Below the pieces are notes generated by a model. That model ran no database searches. It was not told the DNA's origin and worked only from the letters and a program-made list of their open reading frames with translations. The translations under genes were made by a program, and so were the position numbers. From NCBI RefSeq assembly GCF_000146505.1, contig NC_017448.1:870001-902000 (forward strand): a stretch of 32,000 bases of DNA. The letters are read 5' to 3'. This DNA comes from Fibrobacter succinogenes subsp. succinogenes S85. GTDB taxonomy: Bacteria; Fibrobacterota; Fibrobacteria; Fibrobacterales; Fibrobacteraceae. Below, one piece after another: positions 23,601 through 29,977 of this stretch; the stretch's first letter is position 1; each line of letters opens with the position of its first letter.

Positions 23601-24024
23601 CGAAATTGAAGTGATGATGCCTTCTGCAAGCTTCACGACACACGAAGGCTTGCCGATGTACAACTTCCATCTGAAGATTGTGACGGACCTTTACGACAAC
23701 CTCGGACAGTACATCAATACCTACAAGCTCGATATTCCGAGCGAAAAGTTCCAGTCGATGCGAAACCTCATCGACAACGGAACTCTCAAGCTCAACATGG
23801 AATGGGCCGCCAAGGATAACGAAGCTCCGGTCGCCAAGAAGGGTAACAAGATTGGCACAGGCGCTTACATCGCGAAGTTTGACTTCACTGCGGAATCCTA
23901 CTGCGCTGCTAAATTCGATGAATCGAGCAACGATTACAAGGCCAAGTGTACAGAAATCGGTGCCAGGGCAGAAAAGGCTTCTGACAGCAAGACCAAGACT
24001 CTCGGTTTCAAGAGAAGAAAGTAA
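17635..24024 (+). CDS. Giant multi-module GH9 family glycoside hydrolase / surface protein (2129 aa)
   Basis: ORF 17602..24024. I prefer the GTG at 17635 (AAGGAG 6 nt upstream), giving the signal peptide VSIKKYLLALCAATSVMAAQQ. Modules in order: CelD_N-like Ig (IRVNQAGYL); GH9 catalytic (GGYYDCGDHLKESQ, NPWDVSYILGIGDKNDAHPHHRAANP, YHKSETCIDAAA); two FN3 (GLTPGTTYYFYV, GLKEKTTYYFMV); a CBM3-like beta-sandwich; about 950 aa of Ig-like modules; and a C-terminal IVTDLYDNLGQYIN...GTGAYIAKF...KTLGFKRRK. Confidence 0.9.
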   Translation: MSIKKYLLALCAATSVMAAQQEQPTPYDLIRPTFPLTWDSTVFDRFDTTVTKKHNMVPRNRTPAAYAPNALIPDTLNQAYLDAINVRMSPIRVNQAGYLESDLERQFYYIGNASSFEVVDVNGKSFSPAVMGSLTPSGQSISSDWTIIAGTNAATNDQKRYQVDITGQAGKLMIGHIPQGVPTDTRLRIKVGNDISSTFIISNKVYSMVKDAALKFYGINRSGDGDSWFHAASHMKDGAGAVVTGAEDVRDQYNAALAGTLQGGYYDCGDHLKESQTQMYAFMVAAVLAATNADADEDHYAFNHGETVNTDGMPDMLREAKHGADYVLRAYIRAKGVIDDMALSVGNFGSDHGWWGRPENSDKLPVDGSAAATDRGGPMSRTVRLGEIGANIGGETAAGLALVGKLYSEYPEHKAFADSCLKVAKEMYDFAKSMAQGKVYKNNTEAAGWSSPAYNGNNEYFDDLALASVALWYATGDSKYGDDAIRSKTLGTTVPQSFMENCVGCFDGGWFVTDNKGFLKNVKNTSWANAYAYATYALYKLILADENKAINEFGMTKEERLNAIEDCIMSMIHNLSDVSAGTATITLPRKDPSNYMVQDIGWKGNEVKYDPIWYSMQTDQTWIYNRYQAGNIFEVLAYADVAKDIEKQNLSLPNLGTPNWKADEMFQLGINQLNYLLGVNPWDVSYILGIGDKNDAHPHHRAANPEGKNQPGAAYKYNPPVGALYGGVTPGTTNSMVPDNKSWEDYHKSETCIDAAATLVSSGMIASAKFDRTAAPDISVEIRHVSMDSAIVMIKLTQRGTTVISYGTTEGQYTLNAVDSVAGIQHEMVLRGLTPGTTYYFYVTGSNAYKPENSKTKFLVDSTQTPFTFTTLSTIENANIANVTVCNVSADSAEIMWYTPNGEYESKIYWDTIPHSKAEEFAFNTGTGNADVSGIPTQFHYVKIGGLKEKTTYYFMVESNGVQTNVDDKGNLLKFTTPVGWYDFSVRAYQYEFGGTEFLNLNIYNNEARAFDSLTLRMYFSAKPEEVEKCATLIDSDICQAYDEAGFNKPCENDRELRDLMRAALPVRLDDTYNPTTGKYAYYFPVPLGSSIIKSQSRLRVDLTYSSGISNDGYKTCETLRAPAKKHMDKTTGDWSWAPHEFLVDGADYDGMPQEDKDYGDLDNDIPVNPYIVVYRKNEFIWGFSPSKSEMETKKANYQMDVTFDPPFNVSNGSHIDIDQTSSTVHVTGYAHITEGGYVTKIWANGVQISGEAFADGTDRWLLNEAGTEIIAKYNMTTDMWDLDIPVKMGIGSNKIDITIFAGPNPTCEKCSEGGGCAFENRNYYINFSKGDATASTLVIKDAAGNPITSPANTDGTVFFIDLMDKDKIKGNVQTLEVQVLNNKKNDVLKVTLTADAANPGHFVGGPITAVSHSKETRNAASEISFFAGDTIQVVYTDPDDEDDVSKQTFYAESKVPSPQTVLAEDSNCDNKADQLRIVFTNKLSADYPLDSIRYFIEGMSDTVSVPLVAANYTDKNEILIALDTSLIPTNANPSGKITTYVADRGVANAESAKITDGILPTLVSVSILEKSDNDDSGLDTVMIAFSEPVIFSNMNEWPLVIAGTTSAPTLAAAPTTTNNGKSWQLIISGNVNNSLVPIGALASARTTGGFTITDQNFNQINPAGCNPSVPVTLISRPVPVYHADMIDKEGDGVPDVVYIVFERKLKPKDVFDSIVTVWGNPGITRSFITTADTTGGVIVPKESYWTIRDTVSAPFTIQIDSVTTKDSVNTYSIIEITIPATHAYPYGSTSGDRDGNGTVSPLKGAANGFFETNYTLYDKCAPVISTARMIKNGLLTVNISEPVTVLDAGKYIQRERDEFIPSQAPQGMGKSFLFTYNEKDNVFHAGDRVRLVPNILGSAYVDKNSNTPTIANPYVRITGDDNIRFSVTLSKPVSTPKAGAYMGRPESVSNDAFVTSAVINGKHNFINGDGTVIGQVDTAAYFGSGPNFEIEVMMPSASFTTHEGLPMYNFHLKIVTDLYDNLGQYINTYKLDIPSEKFQSMRNLIDNGTLKLNMEWAAKDNEAPVAKKGNKIGTGAYIAKFDFTAESYCAAKFDESSNDYKAKCTEIGARAEKASDSKTKTLGFKRRK
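18244..19935 (+). other. GH9 catalytic domain of giant protein 1 (approximate)
   Basis: DCGD carries the two catalytic Asp of the GH9 DAGD motif. The HHR motif and the acid Glu in SETCID are present. The domain is ~560 aa, so it carries insertions relative to the ~450-aa typical GH9 barrel. Confidence 0.8.
19957..20568 (+). other. Two tandem FN3-like modules of giant protein 1
   Basis: ISVEIRHVSMDSAIVMIKL...YGTTEGQY...LRGLTPGTTYYFYVTG and NVTVCNVSADSAEIMWYT...IYWDT...KIGGLKEKTTYYFMVES. Confidence 0.7.
23665..24024 (+). other. Shared C-terminal module (copy 2 of 3)
   Basis: FHLKIVTDLYDNLGQYINTY ... LKLNMEWAAKDNEAPVAKKGNKIGTGAYIAKFDF ... KTKTLGFKRRK-end. Confidence 0.55.
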
Positions 24025-24037
24025 TTATAAACAGGCA

Positions 24038-24077
24038 GCCACCAGGATCTAGCCATCCTGGCGGCTTCTTTATTTTT
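24038..24077 (+). terminator. Rho-independent terminator between the two giant GH9 genes
   Basis: GCCACCAGGAT-ctagcc-ATCCTGGCGGC (11-bp stem with one A:C mismatch) followed by TTCTTTATTTTT. It ends 20 nt before the next start codon. Confidence 0.7.
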
Positions 24078-24097
24078 GGGATAAAATAAGAGAAAAT

Positions 24098-27000
24098 ATG
24101 AAAAGATTACTCAGCATTGTTTCTTTACTGGCTATGTTCTGCATGGATTATGCAGAGGCAGAACTACCGAACATAGACAGAACATGTACCACCTGTAGCC
24201 GACGCTATTTGGACTCGTTGAACGTCTACAACAGACGCCCAATCCGAATGAACCAAAGCGGATTTAGACCGCAAGACTACAAGTACGCCTATGTCGCCGA
24301 TCCAAAGGAAATGACATTCAAGGTCATTGATGCAAACAGTGGTAAGGAAGTTCCGGGTGGCGGAAACCTCTCGCTTATCAAGAAAGGCGCTACAAAGCCA
24401 AACATCTGGATCAATGGTGCATTCAACTCAATGGAAAGCATTTATGAGTTTGGTAAACAAGACTCCATCAGCACAGAAAAGGAAGACCTGTACCGAGCCG
24501 ATTTTACGACGCTTTCGACAACGGGCGAATACTTCCTTGTCGTGGGCAAAGACACTTCGGCCACATTCCATGTACACCCATCCATCTACAACTCCATCCT
24601 CGAGAACTCCTTGCAGTTCTTCGGGATTCAACGCTGCGGTAACACAGATTCGCACTTCCACAAGCCCTGCCACTTGAAAGACGGCTCCAAAGTCGGACAT
24701 GACTTGACGGGCGGTTGGCATGACTGTGGTGACCATTTCAAGGTTTCTGAAACTCTTGGCTATACCGCCTACGTGCTTTCGATGGTTTACCTTACCTACC
24801 CCAACAAGGCTGAAGACCGCTATGGTCATTCTTATGCAGACACAGTCTTTACAGACGGTATCCCGGATATTCTCTACGAAGCAAAAATCGGTGCCGATTA
24901 CATACTCAAGCTTTACAAGGCCTCCAAAGAAGATGGATTGATTGCCCAAAATGACATGTACCATTCCGTGGGCGTTGACGAAAAGGACCACTCATTCTGG
25001 GACTTGCCGGAACGTCAGGACGCTCAGCCAGAATCTAAGGGCGGTCCAGACCGCGTTGTGCTCACAGGCATTGGCGCAAACACTTCGGGTATGTTTGTTG
25101 CAGCCCTTGCAAACGTCGCTGCCGGCTATCGCGTTTACGACCCAGCCTATTCTGATACGCTCATCGAAGCAGCAAAAGACATCTACAAGAACGTGATGAT
25201 GCCGCTCTTTGACTATGGTAACGGAAACGAAATGGGAAAGACGACATCATTCCCTGGATTCTATACCGGTGGCGGTCCGCGTTATGACGATGGTGCGGCA
25301 GCTGCACTCGCCTTGTGGTACGCCACTAAGGACACGACCTACCGCTATGACCTTTACAAGAACACCAACATTTTCAACAACCCCACCAACTCTAGATTCA
25401 ACCTGGACTACTTCAAGGCTGGATTCCTCGGCAACGAAAGTGGCTTTTCTCCTGGCGGCTGGGCAACTGACTACCAGAACATCCACACCTATGTGCTGTT
25501 CGCATTCCAGAACCTGATTTTGAAGAGCTCGGAAACAGCGGCCGAATTCGGTCTTACAGAAATCGAACGCGACTCCCTCTCGATGCGTACGATGGCAACA
25601 TTCCGCAAAATTTTGAATGACGCCACAAACCAGGGTGACTCTACCGTTCTCGTCAATCCGGGGGTAAACTCCAACGAAAAAAGCGAAGCTCATGAAGGTC
25701 CGACAGACCTCAAGGTCATTACTCCCTACAACCTTGTATGGACTAGCTTTGACTGGGGCGTGATCCGCTACAACCTGGGTACAGCCGTTTCCATCTTCTT
25801 GATGTACGAACTCACGAAGGACGAACGCTATTTGAAAGTCGCTCTTGACAACATGTACTACGCCCTTGGCGCTAACCCGTGGGATATTTCCCTCTTGATG
25901 GGCGCAGGTGACAAGAACCCGCAACACCCGCACAACCGTTCTGCAAACCCCGATGGCTTCAATACCGGTGGCATGCCTTACCAGTACCGCTGCCCGAAGG
26001 GTGCTCTCATGGGTGGCCGCGATCCAGAAAAAACACTTATCGAAGACTGGAGCAAATACACCTCTACCGAAACATGTATTGACTTCTCGGCACAGTTCCT
26101 CTTCCCGGCACAGAGCCTTGCAGAAACGCTCCCGCCTGATAACGAAGGCCCGATTTTTAGCAACATCGTCGGAACGCCGATTACAGATTCTACCGCTATC
26201 GTAAGCTGGGACGCAAACGAAGTCGCCCTTGTTACGGTTTTCTACGACGTAGTCCCCAATTCTGCCAATCCGAAATCAGTGCAGCAGACCACAGCCTCTA
26301 AGGGCGGTTCTGTAACGCTTACCGGACTCATTCCTGGACAGACATATTACTTCTTCCTCGAAGGCATGGACACCAAGAGAAACATCACGACTGATGACAA
26401 CCATGGTTATTGGTACTCCTTTACCATGACTCCCAAAATGACTGAAATCAAGGGAGTTACGATTTGCCAGGTCGACCATCGCAGTGCAAAGATTTACTGG
26501 TGGAGCACCGACCGTCTGAACGGCGTCGTCAACTACGGAAAGGCCAAGGGTGCCTACACTGAAACCCAAAATGCAAGTGGCAGCGCAGTCCTTTTCCACG
26601 AAGCCGAGCTCACAGGACTTGAAGCCGGTACGACCTATTACTTTACCGTTTCCTCGGGCGCAAAGACTTCTGAAGAATACTCATTTACCACAGAAAACCA
26701 CGCCACCTACGCTGACCTCGATATTTCTTTGAAGCCGAGTTCTTACGGTGGAGAAGCCGCCTGTAGCCAATGGCAAGATTGCCATGCCTTCATCATGTCG
26801 CTTTCAAACAACGACACCGTACCATTCGAAGACTTTGAAGTGCGTATGTACCTCAAGGATCAAAACCTCTCCGCACTCGGAAACTGCCACCAAAACTTCG
26901 GAGGCGACGGTCAAATGGGTAAGCCGATTAACGTTACTTTCGGAACCGCTCAGGCAGACGGTTTTGGAGGCTATTATCTCCCCATTAACGTCAAAGGCAA

Positions 27001-29953
27001 ACTAGAAGTTTCTGGACAGCTGATTATCCAAATTATTTTCCACAACTACGATCCTAATGTAAAGACAGTGAAATTCAGCGACATAGATAATTCCTGGTCA
27101 CTCCGCGCACACACCGAAGAAACCGATCCAGAACATTTTGAAGGCATTGACTTGACTCAAGCTCCTTACTTCAAGGGTTCTGAAACGACATTCCTCGAAT
27201 ACAATTCCAGGGGTGAAAAAGTTGTCGCCTTTACCCGTGACCCCTATATTACCGTCTATTACCACGGCAAGCACATCTATGGTTACGGTCCGGACTACAC
27301 ACCTGAAAATGGGCCGCAAGTCAAACGCACCATCGAAACAACGTTCACAAGCCCGTTCGTAAGCCCAAGATATTCTGTTGAAAAGGAAGATCCGCTCACA
27401 ACATACGCCGCCACAAGTAAGGTTACGCCAACGGGTGTCCTCGATGCCGTCGAAATGAACAGCAACCCGTATAAGTTTGACTACCCCAACCCCAACCGCA
27501 CCGACTCTATCGCCTTCGGTACAGATACAACTCTCGTCTACGGCAACAACTACATGGAATGGGTCACCTGGCACAACAGAAATGCCAACCAGAAGACCGA
27601 AAACAAGTATGACTGCGCATGCGCCGTGGTCCGTAGCAACGTTGAAATCGACAGTATCACGAAACCGCTCGAAAAACGTTATCTCACCTTTGACAAGTTG
27701 CAAATTGAAGGCTACAAGGACAAGTTCATCGAAGTGCAGATATCACTCCTCGACAGCAGCCTGGCTGTTATCAAGGATGAAAAGAACCTGAACGTTGAGC
27801 TTGTTAGCGATGATCCGAACGTTCAATTCTACACAGATCCAACAGCAACAATTCCTGTAACAACAATCACACTCTACGATGGCGTAGCAACAATCTACGT
27901 AAGCTCCAAGGTCGCCGTAACGACAAACATCTACGCAACGCACGGCAATACCGCAGACTACGCCTATACACCCGCGACAGCGGTTCTCAATATCGCTGAA
28001 CTCCCGCCATGGCCGATTATCGATGTGGCAAAGATTGTAGACCTCAACTGCGACCATATTCCTGATGCCATGGATATCACGCTATCCTCAGAATACGCAG
28101 AAAATCAGTCATTCACTTCAATTTCGTTCACCTATGGGGACAAGACTTACACCTCCGACAAGGTAAAATCCCTGAACGGCAAATCCCTCGTTGTAGAAAT
28201 CAATGTTCCTCAAGAAATCGTAACGAATGCCACAGGCAAGATTACTCTTACCAGCAACATTCAAGGCACCACCAAGACGGTAGACGACTCCTACGGAGAT
28301 GGCATTGCCCCGGCACTGCTCTCGGCAACGGTTCTTGAACGCCAGGATACATCTACAACCGACCACGTCTACCTGCAATTCAGCGAACCGATTTCCGCTC
28401 CTGGCACAATCTTCCCGCTGATTCTCTACGGTACGGACGGTGTAACTTTGGCAGCAACTCCAACCGTTCTTTCAGCTAAGCTCTACAACGAAGCCAAGAA
28501 CATCTGGGATTTCGAAATTTCGTTTGGCGCAGGAAACGTCTCGCTCGTCACTGCAGGCATGTGGGGACAGCTGAATCCGGCAGGAACGATCACAGACTTG
28601 AACGGTAACGGCGTTGCAGGTCTCTGCACTCCGGAAAAGGTTGAAATTCTCCTGAAGATTTTGCCTGTTCCAATGACTTACGCTGTCATCACAGACAAGC
28701 TGCAAAACGGTTATGCAAGCCACGTGGACGTGACTTTTGCAAAGGCACTCGACGAAAAGCATACACCGGAAAAGTTGGAAATCATCTTCGGTATTGCAAA
28801 GCCCGAAACGCTCACTGTGGAAAAAGGCAAGTTTACGCTTATCGGCGAAAACCTCTCCATTGACCTCGAGAAACCCTTCCAGTTCGGCAATACCGCCGGT
28901 AACTACGAAGGCACAACTCCGGGCGGAAAGATGCTTAGCCATGCAGGGCTTGTCACGCAGTATCTCGGAACAGGCGCAGCAACCGAAACTAACGAAATTC
29001 TCGCAGAAGACAAGGTCGGTCCGGTATTCGTGTCGGCTAAAATCAACCAGACGAACACAACCGATATCGTAACCATTACCGCGAGCGAGCCTCTCATCAT
29101 CGCCGATTCCTCTCAGCAGCTCTATAGACACAAGCGCTCCGACAAGCAGTCCAACGTGTTCACAAGCGGAGTTTCTAGCTGGAACTTCGTCCCGAATAAC
29201 AACTCGCTTACGCTCCTTTACAATGGCGACCTCATGGGTCAAGTCATGGAAGGCGACTACGTGAGAATGGGCTCCATGATGACAAGCGTATTCAAGGATG
29301 CCAACGGCAACTATCCTGAATTTGAAGTTCCCTGGGTCCTTGTCAACGGCAATGGCGCTCCGAGAATCAAGTTCGATGTCAAGCTGCGTGAAATCGTCAC
29401 GGATTTGACCCCGAGCAACCGCACCAAGATTGATGTCAACGAAACAATGCGATTCTACATCAAGAATCCGTCAACGAACAAGTTCGACCTCATCCAGAAC
29501 GGCAAAATTACGCTTGCAGGCATTGACTCTGCCGATATTGGCGGTGCCATCTTTGATGCAAAGCTCACTGTGCCGCGTGGCGTATCGATGGCTGACGAAT
29601 GCGCATGGGAAAATCTCCTTGTCAAGTTCAAAATCCCGATTTACTCAAATCTTGGAAACTTTGTCAACAGATTCCACAACTCCTTCAATGTGGATCCCAA
29701 GCTCTACCTCTCGCCCAACAACCAGGTGGAATTCGCCATTGAATGGGCTAACAAGGCTCCGTCTGGAATCCGTAGCAAGGACGATAGGGCTGTTGGCACC
29801 GGCGCATACATCTACAAGGCCGAAATTGAAGCTATATTCTCACCGAACATGAATATACCCGAAGTCAAGAACGATGCCAAGATAATCCAGAACTTCTCGT
29901 CGAAGACTTCGTTTGATCAGACAAAGACATTCGGTATAAAGAGGACTAAATAA
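24098..29953 (+). CDS. Giant multi-module GH9 family glycoside hydrolase / surface protein (1951 aa), paralogue of the upstream gene
   Basis: Signal peptide MKRLLSIVSLLAMFCMDYAEA. Modules in order: CelD_N-like Ig (IRMNQSGFRP); GH9 (GGWHDCGDHFKVSE, NPWDISLLMGAGDKNPQHPHNRSANP, YTSTETCIDFSAQ); two FN3 (GLIPGQTYYFFL, GLEAGTTYYFTV); a CBM3-like segment; Ig-like modules; and a C-terminal IPIYSNLGNFVN...GTGAYIYKAEI...KTFGIKRTK. Confidence 0.9.
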   Translation: MKRLLSIVSLLAMFCMDYAEAELPNIDRTCTTCSRRYLDSLNVYNRRPIRMNQSGFRPQDYKYAYVADPKEMTFKVIDANSGKEVPGGGNLSLIKKGATKPNIWINGAFNSMESIYEFGKQDSISTEKEDLYRADFTTLSTTGEYFLVVGKDTSATFHVHPSIYNSILENSLQFFGIQRCGNTDSHFHKPCHLKDGSKVGHDLTGGWHDCGDHFKVSETLGYTAYVLSMVYLTYPNKAEDRYGHSYADTVFTDGIPDILYEAKIGADYILKLYKASKEDGLIAQNDMYHSVGVDEKDHSFWDLPERQDAQPESKGGPDRVVLTGIGANTSGMFVAALANVAAGYRVYDPAYSDTLIEAAKDIYKNVMMPLFDYGNGNEMGKTTSFPGFYTGGGPRYDDGAAAALALWYATKDTTYRYDLYKNTNIFNNPTNSRFNLDYFKAGFLGNESGFSPGGWATDYQNIHTYVLFAFQNLILKSSETAAEFGLTEIERDSLSMRTMATFRKILNDATNQGDSTVLVNPGVNSNEKSEAHEGPTDLKVITPYNLVWTSFDWGVIRYNLGTAVSIFLMYELTKDERYLKVALDNMYYALGANPWDISLLMGAGDKNPQHPHNRSANPDGFNTGGMPYQYRCPKGALMGGRDPEKTLIEDWSKYTSTETCIDFSAQFLFPAQSLAETLPPDNEGPIFSNIVGTPITDSTAIVSWDANEVALVTVFYDVVPNSANPKSVQQTTASKGGSVTLTGLIPGQTYYFFLEGMDTKRNITTDDNHGYWYSFTMTPKMTEIKGVTICQVDHRSAKIYWWSTDRLNGVVNYGKAKGAYTETQNASGSAVLFHEAELTGLEAGTTYYFTVSSGAKTSEEYSFTTENHATYADLDISLKPSSYGGEAACSQWQDCHAFIMSLSNNDTVPFEDFEVRMYLKDQNLSALGNCHQNFGGDGQMGKPINVTFGTAQADGFGGYYLPINVKGKLEVSGQLIIQIIFHNYDPNVKTVKFSDIDNSWSLRAHTEETDPEHFEGIDLTQAPYFKGSETTFLEYNSRGEKVVAFTRDPYITVYYHGKHIYGYGPDYTPENGPQVKRTIETTFTSPFVSPRYSVEKEDPLTTYAATSKVTPTGVLDAVEMNSNPYKFDYPNPNRTDSIAFGTDTTLVYGNNYMEWVTWHNRNANQKTENKYDCACAVVRSNVEIDSITKPLEKRYLTFDKLQIEGYKDKFIEVQISLLDSSLAVIKDEKNLNVELVSDDPNVQFYTDPTATIPVTTITLYDGVATIYVSSKVAVTTNIYATHGNTADYAYTPATAVLNIAELPPWPIIDVAKIVDLNCDHIPDAMDITLSSEYAENQSFTSISFTYGDKTYTSDKVKSLNGKSLVVEINVPQEIVTNATGKITLTSNIQGTTKTVDDSYGDGIAPALLSATVLERQDTSTTDHVYLQFSEPISAPGTIFPLILYGTDGVTLAATPTVLSAKLYNEAKNIWDFEISFGAGNVSLVTAGMWGQLNPAGTITDLNGNGVAGLCTPEKVEILLKILPVPMTYAVITDKLQNGYASHVDVTFAKALDEKHTPEKLEIIFGIAKPETLTVEKGKFTLIGENLSIDLEKPFQFGNTAGNYEGTTPGGKMLSHAGLVTQYLGTGAATETNEILAEDKVGPVFVSAKINQTNTTDIVTITASEPLIIADSSQQLYRHKRSDKQSNVFTSGVSSWNFVPNNNSLTLLYNGDLMGQVMEGDYVRMGSMMTSVFKDANGNYPEFEVPWVLVNGNGAPRIKFDVKLREIVTDLTPSNRTKIDVNETMRFYIKNPSTNKFDLIQNGKITLAGIDSADIGGAIFDAKLTVPRGVSMADECAWENLLVKFKIPIYSNLGNFVNRFHNSFNVDPKLYLSPNNQVEFAIEWANKAPSGIRSKDDRAVGTGAYIYKAEIEAIFSPNMNIPEVKNDAKIIQNFSSKTSFDQTKTFGIKRTK
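24575..26122 (+). other. GH9 catalytic domain of giant protein 2 (approximate)
   Basis: DCGD and the acid Glu are retained. The HHR motif reads HNR (second His replaced by Asn). Confidence 0.75.
26144..26695 (+). other. Two tandem FN3-like modules of giant protein 2
   Basis: GTPITDSTAIVSWDANE...LTGLIPGQTYYFFLEG and VTICQVDHRSAKIYWWST...NYGKAKGAY...LTGLEAGTTYYFTVSS. Confidence 0.7.
29618..29953 (+). other. Shared C-terminal module (copy 3 of 3)
   Basis: LVKFKIPIYSNLGNFVNRF ... VEFAIEWANKAPSGIRSKDDRAVGTGAYIYKAEI ... TKTFGIKRTK-end. Confidence 0.55.
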
Positions 29954-29977
29954 AACTGTTCAGGTAACTGGGAAAAT

